A DNA stretch of 64,000 nucleotides from Moniliella sp. 'wahieum'. Taxonomy: Eukaryota. Positions within the stretch are counted from its first letter, which is position 1; the number at the start of each line of letters is the position of its first letter. The translations under genes and the position numbers were made by a program. Under the pieces are notes generated by a model. That model saw only the letters and a program-made list of their open reading frames with translations. It ran no database searches and was not told the DNA's origin. The DNA is taken from positions 310,001 to 374,000 of the forward strand of contig RSEE01000067.1 in assembly GCA_003971905.1 (NCBI GenBank). The letters are read 5' to 3'. This document shows, piece by piece, positions 52,800 through 64,000 of this stretch.

Positions 52800-54180
52800 A
52801 GCCTTGGAAGCCGGGAGAAGGAACTGCTTCGGCTGCTTGAACAAGCAGAATGCGACAAGAACGCCAAGTACCAGGGACGCACTCAAGAGCCGTTGTTCCT
52901 CCTGGTTTTGACGAGGCGACGAGGATACTACGGCACCAAGACGGGGGGCAAGTCGTTTGTACATTGGAAGGAATTGTCTACTAAGTCTCAGTGGAAATGG
53001 TTCCTCGCTCGGATGTCAACCACATTCATCCGTGTCCACGCGCGCTTCCTAGGGTACGGGACCGGATGGCGAGAACCGGAGGGTCCTGATATCCTGGCGA
53101 TCCCCTGGTTCCTTGACCTTAGTGGCGCTTCCAAGTAACCCCTGCAAGATGAACGGTTAGGTTTAGACGTAGCGTTCCCCCTGTCCCAGCCTTCAGCTCT
53201 GTCAATGAAATGGACGTGATCTAGGGATATTGTGCCCGCTATTACACCTGGTATCAACAGCGCTGAACATGGAAGCCCGGCGCTGCCCACCTCAACACCA
53301 TCGGCCTTCTGATACATGTCCACCCTCGGCAGATCGAGCACTTCACTTTGCGGCTCCTTCTTACCCATGTCCGTGGCCCCAGGAGTTATGCGGATCTGCG
53401 CAATGCCCAGGATCTGGACAATCCGGGAAGAACCAAAGTGCACGCTACCTTTGTCGAAGCCGCCGAGCCATTCATTTGCTCCAAGACGACCACGAGGTTG
53501 GTTTCGATATCTAAGAGGCACTTGGCGAGTTTGGCGGTCCTAAAACCGTCCGCTCCACCATTGTTTCCCTCATCACCTTGGGCGTCATCACCAAAGAGTT
53601 CCTCCTCCGTCTGGGACAAGTTCAAAAAGCAGCTGTCAGAGGACTTCTATTTCCATATGAGGCACTAATTCCCACACGAAGAAGAAGAGGCCCGAGTGGA
53701 GGAAGGGGAAGAGGAACCTCCCCCCAGCAGGCGCACCTTCTGGCTTTTCAAAAACTCTCTATGCGTTTCAGGAATTACTGGCTCGCGCTACTGCCAACGG
53801 CGATGGATATTTGGCCGAGTTGGCTTGCTTGAGCCCCCTTCCGGAGGAGGAGGTCATATCGAGCCTTTACCACCTTACATAGAGAGAATGCGGAGGCCGA
53901 GCGCGCACGCTGGTGTAGGGAAGAAGCCAATTATTGCCGCACCTGAACCAATGCGGGCGCGAGTATAGATACCCTTTCATTATGCCGTTTATTTCTTACC
54001 TCAGGCCTCAGCCACACCCGCAGCTAGTTCAACAAGAACAGAACCTGCAACACATCACATAACCCCTACTCCGCCCAGCATCCCCGCGCTACCACCCCTG
54101 CCGCCAACTTGCTCAACGGGCGAGCTGGAACGGGCAAGTCTTTTCTCTACAACGCCCTCTCCGTTCCCACATGCGCGAAG
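52800..54180 (+). mobile_element. Degenerate Helitron RepHel fragment (inter-domain region to the start of the PIF1 helicase)
   Basis: TIGLLIHVHPRQIEHFTLRLLLTHVRGPRSYADLR...VHATFVEAA (from 53297), VWDKFKKQLSEDF, Walker A LLNGRAGTGKSFLYNAL (about 54109-54160); interrupted by stops and truncated. Confidence 0.88.
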
Positions 54181-54182
54181 GG

Positions 54183-54765
54183 GTTGAAACGTTATTGAAC
54201 GTTGAACGTTAAACTCAACGTCGAGTACGTTGAACAGGTTTCAACACAGTCGAGCCTCATATATCAACTAAGCAGCGTTGGCGACAGCGAACGGTAGGTC
54301 CGACATGAACCGCTCACAAGATGATGATAATGCAAATGACGCGTACCGAGTACGCGTTGCGATTCACAATTGAAATGCCGACTTGATCGCAACAAAAACC
54401 ACGATTCACGCGGCCGTTGCCACCCAGGTGGACCATGTAGCTACTGGAGAGCCAGCCGGGGGATATACCAGCTTGTTAGCCGGGCAGATGGTGACTAGTG
54501 ACTAGTGACTAGTGACTAGTGACCAGCTCCTAGCGACTAGTTCAACGTTCAACGTTCAACGTTCACTACTCTCGACTAGTGGCTAGTGGCGTGGCGTTCG
54601 ATCGGGGACTCGGAGGCCTCCGGGACTCGTCGTGACCAACGGGATCTCGTACGTTTTACCAACGTTTTAAGCGCCCCGCCGGCTGAAAAAGGAAAAAGTA
54701 AAGCAGCGCAGGTGGCGTCAGCCGGCGTGTGGCTCAGTGCGGGGCCTAGTGACTAGTGACTAGTA
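54183..54765. repeat. Cluster of heptamer tandem repeats (TTGAACG/TTCAACG)n and (GTGACTA)n
   Basis: About 54195-54210, 54491-54523, 54541-54565 and 54746-54764. Confidence 0.85.
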
Positions 54766-55087
54766 GCTGCGACATGTGACTTGAAGTTGCACTCTGAGGG
54801 CGATCATCGATCAGGCGGATGGGCAGTGTGGGCGCTCTGAGCGCTAACCCTACCGTCTGCCAAGCGCTGAGCGCGCTCAGGTCCTCAGGGCACTCAAGCT
54901 TCAAGCGCTCAGGGTTGCGTGTTGCACTTGAGCCGGTGGCGGGCTTTCACGTTTCACGCCCATTGTTTCCACACGCTGCAGCCGCGTCCGTCGCGCGAGG
55001 AGCCTGCCTTGCCCCGTCCCCTCATTAACGTTTAACACTCTTGTCTCCCTGGCCACCGTCCTGCTCCCCACCATCCCCGCCATCACC

Positions 55088-56230
55088 ATGGCTGCCTCCG
55101 CGAACGCACCTGCCGCCGACGGCACGCCAGCCTACATGCGCGCCGCGACCTTGATGGAAACATCGCTGAAGTGCGCAAGATCAGCATGGGCAACTCCTCG
55201 TTCCGTTCCGAATGGAAAGGCCAATCCCAACGCGCCTAAGAGCTGGGGCATCCAACTTGTTTCGCTCCTTGACCTATGGCCTCTGGCTGACCATCCCAAA
55301 TACGTCGATCCCAAGGCCCCTGTGCCCACCTTTCGCCCCTCACCCTGCTCCGCTGGTCTCTCCTTCGCGCCGCGATCCCCGTCCTCCTCCAATACGCCAT
55401 CTCGTACCTATTCAACGACGTGCTCTACAAGGACCAGCATCGCCAGTCTCCCAGGCAGGCATCAACAAGTGGGTCGCGATTCCCTTTTACATGTTGTTCT
55501 ATACTTTTGGGCGTCCAGGTCATTTGGGAATGCCGCAACCTCGGTGCCAAGTATGGATACTTTGTGACGCTGCAGGCCGCGGGACCAGGTGCCCGACGCT
55601 ATGAGTGGCCGGGTTGCTGCCAGTCTCTTGCTCACTGTGTCCCAGCGGTCTTTATGGGTCGCGAACCACGTGGGACGCCGATTCGAAACCGGTGGTTCGC
55701 TGGCAGCTGCCCATCCAGATGGCCGTCTACGCTTGGACACTTGATTTTACTACTATGGTACCACCGGTCATGCACGAGTCGGATTCGCTCTGGCCTTACC
55801 ACGTACCCACCACTTGTCAGCCATCCCAACACTCTCTCACTCTCTTTGCCGATGACGAACAGGAGCTCTTTGACATGGTTGGCATTCCGTTCCTCACATG
55901 GCTCACCATGGCGCCCCATCTCGTTCCTGCGGCCCAACTTTTATGAGTGGTGGTTCTGCAACACGATGGTGACTGTCGTTGAGCTTTTCGGGCACGCCGG
56001 ATTGCGACTGTACTTTACTGCGTTCCAAGCGTTTCCCTTCCTGCTGCAAGCGCTCGACATGGACATTGCTATTGAGGACCATGATTCACCACCGCCGTGG
56101 TGGAAGCACTCGGGCAACTATGGGAAACAGACACGTATCTGGGACCGCATCTTTGGCAACTGTTCTCCCGCGTGATGAAGGGCCTAACGAGAACATTGAC
56201 AAAAAGATGCTGGTCGAAATGCCTTGGTGA
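55088..56230 (+). CDS. Fatty acid hydroxylase / sterol desaturase superfamily di-iron membrane enzyme
   Basis: His boxes across frames: YWYHRxMH, H..HH, ELFGHAG, IEDHD.HH...GNYGKQTRIWDRIFG; also LFADDEQELFDMVGIP. Confidence 0.9.
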
Positions 56231-57909
56231 AACGTGGGACGGATGGTGACGGGTTCGTGCTTGTCACACCTATCCTTCCATTGCCTCGATCACTCGCACC
56301 GCTTATCCATTGCCTTTCTCTTGTGTCGTTCTTTTCTTCGCCCCATGATGCCACGTTTGTCGTAACCCAATCCTTGCCCGCCGTCCGCTCGCGATCTTTC
56401 TTCTGCTACCCTTTTTGCCCGGGTCAGTCCGGCATATGCCCTGGCAAGCTATCACAATCACCCTACTCGGCTCCATATGCTTTGCAGCCTATTCCCACTA
56501 TGCCATGTATTGCACCTGCAATGTTTGCTTTCTCACGTCGTTTCCTGTTATCCTTTCCACCTGTGTATAGTTATTGCTCCACGTGCTGCCTTTACATGTG
56601 ACCCTAAAACCCAAGTCAAGTAGTCCCGTGCCTCGCATTTTCTTTGTCTACAACCCTTCTTCAAACACCCCTCAGGACAGCTGAGCCCACTGGAAATGGT
56701 GGTCGACCGAAGACTAATCGTGAAGGCGGTTTCAAGCCCAAGTCATAGTCTCTACGATTATAATCAGGAACACACCGCGTCAGAAAAAGTTGTTTTGGCC
56801 TATGGTCACATGCACGTGTCATACCGTGAAGTATGGCCAGGGTAGTCACTAGTCACTATAGAGTCGCTAGTCGCTAGTCACGTCTATCGTCTCCGACAGA
56901 GGCTGAAGCTTGAAGTGACGTCACGCAGTGCGATGCGCCTGCGATACAAGGGCTGAATTGCAACACTGCTGCAGCCTGCCGTAAGGTAACTCCGTCCCTC
57001 TAAAGGCAGACCAGAATTAGGTCCTCAGGTAAGGTCTCACCGGCACAGGTCACCACGCGTAGAAACCGGGGTCCAGGAACCCCCCGGGGATAGCGTTTTG
57101 CTGCTTCTTACTATGCCATTCTGTGCCCCGTTGCCGCGTTACCCCGGTAGTTACCACAAAACAACAATCGTTAATCACACGGCTACTGTTGTCCGCGGCC
57201 TGGGACCTATAGTCCTGCCCTGAGGGTTCACGTTCACCTGAACGGCAGAAGGTGATACATCCCTCCGAAATACGCGGCCTTTGTGTGGATCAGATGTGTT
57301 GAGGATACGTAAACGTGAGAGGGGCTAAGTTGGGGGGTGAAGCCTTTGGAGCGTGAGGAAATGCAAAAGGCTGATCGACACGGCATGAAAATATGCACGT
57401 GTGTGGCCATGGCCGCAGCTGCGGGGGGACATCGCCACGGCATACACCACACGGGCTGGTGTTCTCGGAGCTCAGGCTGAGCCCTGAGCGAGCGTTGTGT
57501 GCTGAGCGGCTCAGTGGCTGCGCTGAGGCTCCGGACATATCAGTCGCTGTAGCGGGGCGTTGCGCACTGCCGCGGGAGCGCTAGGTGGGTTACATGTTAC
57601 ATGTTACACACGAGCTTGTCTCTCTCAAGCTGCGCATACCGTCCCCGTCCTCCGAAGAATGGCGAAATCTGTGCGGCACGTGATCCAGCCACGCCAGCAG
57701 AAGACGAGGGCGTGACGTGTGCCATGCTTAAAAGTGCGGCGTTCTCCCGCAATTCGATGACAAGTGCGACGAGCCGAGCCAGTTGCCGCGCACGGGCCAC
57801 GGCCTGCCGCGTATAAAACTCTCAAGCGGATTATGCGAAAACGTGTTCTGCTTCCCCCCACGTTGCCGTCTTTTTCTTCTCCACCCACTTTGTTTAGCAA
57901 TCTCTCAGC

Positions 57910-58995
57910 ATGCCTTCTGTCCCCAAGGGCGACCTGATTCTGATCACCAGCGGCTCTGGTTTCATTGGAGCCTGGATCATCGAGCACGCGCTGCGCGCCG
58001 GATACAAGGTCCGCACCACCGTCCGCTCGGCGGAAAAGGGCAAGTACTTGCAAGACACGTTTGAGCGCAAGCACGGTGCCGGCTCGGTGGAGTATGTGGT
58101 GGTACCGGACATGCAAGTCAAGGGTGCCTTTGATCAGGTGGTGCAGGGTGTGTCCGCGGTGATCCATACCGGCTCGCCTGTGCACTTTGACACAAGCAAG
58201 GACCCATACGAGACGCTGATCAACCCTGCGATCAATGGGGTAACGTCGGTGTTGAACTCGGTGCTTAGCCACGGCACCCAGGTGCGGCGTGTAGTGGTGA
58301 CGTCGTCAAATGCGGCCGTGTCCAATGTCAACGCGGATCCGGACACGGTGTTCAACGTGGACACGGACTGGAACACGGTTGATCCCGACTTGGTGCAGTC
58401 AGACCGGTCAAGTACGCTGGGGCGCCGGCGTATCGTGCATCCAAGACTCTGGCCGAGCGTGCAGCATGGGAGCTGTGGGAAAAGGCACGGCCACAGTGGG
58501 ACTTGACGGCGGTCAACCCAACGTTTGTCTTTGGGCCGTGGCTGCACCAGACGACGCCGAGCACGCTCAACGCGACAGTCCAGTGGCAGTACCAGCTGTT
58601 CCAGGGAAAGATCAGCCAGACGACTACCTGACGCTCAAGGGGGGGTATGTGGACGTGCGGGATGTGGCGGCGATCCATGTGGGCGCGCTGTCGACGGAGG
58701 GGGCGGTGGGGCGGCTGCCGGCGTCGACGGGGACGTGGGTGTGGCAGGACTATGTGGATGCGCTGCATGCGTCGGCAGTGGTGCCGGCGGCTGTCAAGGC
58801 GCGTGTGCCGGCGGGGCAGACGGGCGCGGGGCGTGGCGTGGTGCAGCGGCGGCTGGACGGAGCAAGTCGGAGCGCTTGCTGGGCATCAAGCCGCTGTCGG
58901 TGCAGGCGCAGGTGGATGCGGAGGCGGTGGCGCTGGCAGACTACGAGAAGCGTGGCTGGACGGGGCTGCCGTCGCTCGAGGTGTTGGCGCTGTGA
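57910..58995 (+). CDS. NAD(P)-dependent epimerase/dehydratase-fold aldehyde reductase (Gre2/aldehyde reductase II-like extended SDR)
   Basis: LILITSGSGFIG, GYKVRTTVRS, VIHTGSP, LINPAINGV, RRVVVTSS.AAV, YxxSKTLAE, YVDVRDVAAIHV. Confidence 0.93.
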
Positions 58996-59363
58996 GTCGC
59001 GTGCACGTGATGCGCATGGGCGTGTGATAGTGATTTCGATTGGATATTGGGTGCGCCCATTCACCATCGAGTAGACGCCGACGTAGACCAAGTAGCCGGG
59101 CGAGCAGAGCGTGCGCTGGCCAGCGCACGACACCTGCTCTTGCGCGCCCACCGCCACGACGGACGTATCAGGCCGCCCGCGTGTGGCGGCTGCGGCGCAG
59201 CACGTGATGCGCACTCCCACCAAGCTTTGTCCTGCATCGCCCCCGCCGGGCCCCCGCCGCCCACATCCGGTGGGCGCATCCAGCCGCCGTCCCAGTCGCA
59301 GGCGCCCCCCCCTGCCGCCTCGCCCGCCTCGCCCACCCCCACCACTCCGCCGCCCCCCCCGCC

Positions 59364-62300
59364 ATGTCCGCCATGCCCGCCCCTGGTCACACCGCCTCTG
59401 CCTCCCGCCCCCTCCGCCCCCCCCACGCCCCCCACGCTCGATGTGCTCAGCTCAGACATGCCTCCCGCCACCCAGGCCACTGTCCTTGCCATCCTCTCCC
59501 GCGCCCTCGCCACCGCCACCGCCCCCACCCCTGCCCCTGCCCCGCACACCCCCTCCTCCGCAGCCATTGTCCAGCAGCTCGACGACGCCCTCCACCCCCA
59601 CTGGAGCTGCGTTATCGGCACTTCGTACTCGGTGCTCGTTGCCCAAGGTATGTGCTTCTCTCGCCCCACCCCCTCAATGCTAATGCTCGTCTCCCACACC
59701 CTGACCCCATCTGTCCCCCCCCCCCCCCCCCCCCGTCCCCAGATGCCCATACCTTCCTCAAGGCAAAGCAGGGTGATGTTTTCTACACCCTCTGGTGCAA
59801 CCGCATCATCCTCGACCTGCAGTGCCCCACTCCACTCACGTCGCAAATCAACGTAGACGGTGGGACATGTCCCCTGAGCAGGTTGCCCAGGTATCCCAAG
59901 TGGTTACAACGTTGCTTGCCGCTCACCCTACCTCCTATGCCGTGGCCGCCGACGCGATCGCCGCGCGGCTTCAAGAGACCTTCTCTTTCCCCCAAGACCA
60001 AGACGTCCAAGTGGGGGCTTCGTCGTTTCCCTCGGCCAGGACTATGCCCCGGTCCCCAACGAGGCCAGCCCGTCTACGATTCTCCTCTTGTCCCTGGGCA
60101 TACTGCGTGCTACGATTTACCACGTCAGCCATCGTTGCCAGCGATTGACATCAGCAAGCATGCTCTGGAACGACCCCCGACCGGCGCCTGTGTGCATGCC
60201 GCTGGCTTGCTCGACGTTGCGGCGCAGAAAGTTGTATTGATCATTTCGCATGCCATCTCACGTTGTTGCAAACGTGGACCTCACCTCCTCGCCCGACCTC
60301 CTTCTGCTCCAATCCAAATTGTCGCGTACCTTGGCCGCGGTCCTAGACAGGGGAGAATGTTTGTCCATGTTGCCAAGTCGGGCACCCCTATCACGACCCC
60401 TCCGATGCCAATGCTTTCGTCATATTTTCCCTTGATGGGTTCGAGTGGAGCGTCCACCCTTCCCACTTCGTCTGCCCATCACAGCCAGTGGCCGCATCAC
60501 CTCTCCTCTCTCATATGCACCTGGTCTGGCGCCGCCGCTAGCGCTTGGGCCCGTGCCTCCTGACATGATGCTCGCCTTGCCAGATATGTCGGTTGGCATC
60601 GACTCGCTTCCTCCTGGCTCTGGGAGCAGTCCACGGACGGAAATCTTGCCTGCAGACCCCGATGTAACCCAGTTGAGCGGGTCAACCGAGTACGCCGTTG
60701 AAGAAGGCCGACCAGTCGCCATGATAAGGGAGGCGCACATGCCCCTCTTTCTGCAAGGTGCAGCCACCCGTGCGGCCGAGATGACTCTTGTCTCGGATCA
60801 GGGGGACCCGGTTCCTTTCGAACAACAACGTGTGGCTCAAAATGTCTTATCGGCTGTACTCCCCCGTCTAAGGAACTGTACGCGCCCCGAGGCCAATGGC
60901 ACATTCGCTTTGCCGCCTTGGTCCCAGCCAATGCAATCTACTCTCTTCTCTTACTCTGCAAGGCCACCCGATCGCGGTCTTTCTTCTTCCTCCTGGGGTC
61001 GCCCCCGATCAAGGAGAATCTGACGACGTAGTGGAGGGTTTCCGTCTTTCTACTCCCGCGCCTTCCACTCCGGCTCCAGTAGTGCTGGATGCAGCGGGAG
61101 GATGGACGCGCGCCCCACGCTTCGCTTGCAGAACCCTCCTACCCCCTTACAAAGTCACGAGAAGACCGAATCTGTCTCCCCACTTGGCTCAGGACTAGGA
61201 GAGGTCTCTTCAGGTGCACCAGACCAGGAGTTGAAGGCGCCCGCGTCCATGTTGCTAGCGGCCCAGCAGTGTACGCAATGCAATGCAAGCCCATGAACCT
61301 GATGGCAAGTGCTCATGGCGCTGCAACAAACGTTGGTGCAACAAACCAATGCGCTCCACTTGACGGGCCAATGGAACTTTGGTCTACGACGGCGAGAGAC
61401 CCAGGGGGGCGATTTATCCCACATGGATTCCTTGCCACCGTTGACACCGTCTTCACCTCCTGATAAGGGCAGGTACACGATCCAGCTTCAGGCTTCGCCT
61501 CACCTCGCCATCACTGCCTGGTTCATCCCGCGTCCCCCTCCGCCCCCGTCTGCTTCCAACGCCGGACCGTCGCTGTCAGCAACTGCTCCGAGAATGGCGA
61601 TGCAGTCAATGGAAAAGAAGATAGAGAAGGAGACGGTGCTCAAGACACAAGTTGTCTCTGCTGCGACAACTCCATCCCTGGTCCAGTCCGCGTTCGGAAG
61701 AGCAAGAACCCTCTTCCTGGTACTCAGCTCTTCCTCGTCGTTCCACGTCTCCTGCTGCTCCACCCCCGAGCGCCTCCTCGACTGGTATCGTCAAGGGAGT
61801 CAAAGGAAGCAACTTGGCCGTGGCCGAACTCCACCTATCTCCTCCCCTACCCACTCTCCCAGCCACAAATCGCTTAGCCTCAAATCCCCACCCAGTTTAT
61901 CGCGCTCCCGCCTGAGCCCTGGGAGCCCAGGACTCCACCCCAAGTCCATGAAATCGTTTCTGTCTCTTAGCCGACACCGCCCGAGCTTGGCCCAGCCCGT
62001 CGTCTCCCACGGTCTGAGCGGCGACGCAGCAGGTCAGTTTGATGCTGCTCATGATGGGTCGACAGCGGAGGGACTGTACTCGTTCTGAACGCTGTGTCGC
62101 CTGCCATCCCGCATCTTCCCCCTTCGTCACGGGAAGGATCGACGGTACGGTCGGAGACAAAGAGCGATGCAGGGCACGAAGCGCAGGCGCCAATGCCATC
62201 GATCGGGCTGGACTTGGGCCTTCCCTCGCCATATTCGATGGACGTTTCTCCGGATCCAGTGGCGCGCCCGCAACATCCTCCATCGGCCTTTTCGAACCCG

Positions 62301-64000
62301 CGTCCCCGACAGAGCAGACGCAGGAGCAGGAGCAGAAACAAGAGGAGGCCCCGGTGTCGTACCCTCCTCCGCGCCGAAGGCATCAGAAACACAGGCAGCT
62401 ACCCAGGCCGTACGTGGAACGGATGGATTGGGCCTTGCGCCAGTGATGGCTGGGGAAGTGGAAATCCAAAGTGTGGCGATGAAACCATTGGGACCGTCCC
62501 ACGCGACCGAACCTCTCCTGCCTTCTGAGGTAGCGGTAGCAGAGGGGCCAGCTCCGCTCACGCCCGTGCGGATGCCTTCCACCCCTATGGTTTCGCAGGA
62601 TGAACTCAAGCCAGGTACCGATGTGCTAGTGGTGGAGAAGTCGGAGGAACTGATCACGCGCGCCGTTCCAAGCCAAGTCGCCGAACGCACTCAACCGTTG
62701 GATTGCTTGCCGCGCGAGGTGGGGGCACCAAAAGAGCCAGAGGAGCTAGAGGAATCCAAGATTCCAAAGGCGGACAAGGGGCCATTGGAGCTACCTCAAT
62801 CGCCTGAATTCACTCTGCCGTCTGAGCCTGCGGTGCCGGAGGTGCTGGCTTTGCCCTCGCAATCACTGGGGTCTGATGTACCAGCAGTGCCAGACGACGC
62901 GAAAGCGGAGGCACCAGAGCCAGAGGGAGGTGCCAACGGAACTAACCGAGCCTACCATGCCTGCATCTCGATCACCCGAACCTGCACAGCCATTGGAAAC
63001 AACAGACAAATCGGAGCCATTGGAAGCAACAGACAAGTCGGAGCCATTGGAAACAACAGACAAATCGGAGCGATTGGAAGCAACAGACAAATCGGAGCCA
63101 TTTGAAGCAACAGACAAATCGGAGCCATTTGAAGCAACAGACAAATCGGTGCCATTGGAAACAATAGGGTCGTTGGAATCATCCGTTTTAGGGAAAGTGG
63201 CGACGTCGTTGTCTTTGCCAGGGGCCGAGCAAATGATCCCCCGAACCATCCCCGCCTCCGCCACATCGTTCCCCTCCGTTTCCTACTACGGCGGTGAGGA
63301 CAACCTTGTGGCCTCCGTCTCGGTGTCGCAGGAGACAAACTCGTGACACCCAGACGTGGTGACCCACGAGGTGACAAGTTCGACCACCCACCATTGCGGT
63401 CGTGGCGGCTTCCCAGCAGGGTCTGGCGTGTACACAGACGCCGCCAGAGTTGGACCCAAGTCCACCGTCTCTGACCGAAAGAGGAAACAGTTCCTCTTTA
63501 GAAGGTACGTCTTTAATCATTTGTTATTTCTCGTTCTGGATCTTTGATGGTCGATGGGCCCAACGTTGCTGCAGACCAAATTCTAACCTCTGTACTTTGC
63601 TTTTAGAGAGAGGCAAGATGGTCGCTAAAAAGCATATTGTGCGCTGCTTCCCGCCGTCACGCTCGATTCCCTGCTGAGACACTCCACCTCCCAGGATGTG
63701 CAGGGACCCAAGCAGCCAGCGAATTCGACTTCCTCTGCAGATCACGAGACACCACAGCGCCCCTGGAGACGAGAGAAGATCCAGAACAGGGGGCGAGAAA
63801 TCGGACAAGCAGTGCAACTCCCCGCAACATCGCGGCCGGAGCAATCGTCTCCCCCGCGACAGCCTTCGGAGCCAGAGGAATGGGAGCTTCTTGAGGGATC
63901 GAGCGAGCAAGAACGAGCTGAACAACCTGTCTCTCCCGAACCTTCTGCTCAATCGCAGCCGTCGGAACCTTCTGAGCCAAATCAGCGGGAAATGCCCGAT
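59364..64000 (+). CDS. Large protein with tandem dynein light chain LC8-like domains and a long disordered tail; runs off the window end
   Basis: First domain after splicing intron 59648-59742: VLSSDMPPATQATVLAILSRAL...AAIVQQLDDALHPHWSCVIGTSYSVLVAQDAHTFLKAKQGDVFYTLW; further degenerate units follow; second intron about 63505-63606. Confidence 0.7.
62987..63172 (+). repeat. 27-bp coding tandem repeat, 6 full copies plus 1 partial, encoding EP(L/F)E(A/T)TDKS
   Basis: Head-to-tail gagccattggaagcaacagacaaatcg units with no spacers. Confidence 0.95.

Noticed and set aside
57945..57972. TSGSGFIG instead of TGxxGxxG as an inactivated cofactor-binding site
   Set aside because: A single-base difference (agc versus ggc) in an error-prone assembly; the rest of the enzyme looks intact
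62987..63172. 27-bp direct repeats as a CRISPR array
   Set aside because: Units are contiguous with no spacers, keep a coding frame, lie in a eukaryotic gene, and no cas genes are present

Overview
GC-rich, intron-containing eukaryotic DNA (GTRCGT donors, CTRAC branch points). It is fungal, and by protein style most likely a basidiomycete (Ustilaginomycotina-like; inference). Almost every gene, including essential ones, is broken by single-base indels typical of an unpolished long-read assembly, so the gene models were stitched across frames by eye and their coordinates are approximate. Content in order: CPD photolyase, Hsv2/WIPI-type PROPPIN with a very large insertion, intron-containing tRNA-Ser(CGA), SPX-EXS (Syg1/XPR1) protein, an orphan membrane protein, TOR kinase, cullin-3, a tandem Ddi1-type ubiquitin-like-domain gene, a low-complexity orphan, nitronate monooxygenase, Edc3, an ADIP/Msd1-like coiled-coil protein, a probable nucleolar protein, Rae1/Gle2, a long helical-repeat-like protein, a decayed Helitron, a fatty-acid-hydroxylase-family gene, an aldehyde-reductase-type SDR, and a large gene running off the window end. 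That last gene is the most novel-looking item: its N-terminal half appears to be a tandem array of up to five dynein light chain LC8-like domains, followed by a disordered tail carrying TQT-like motifs and a 9-aa repeat.
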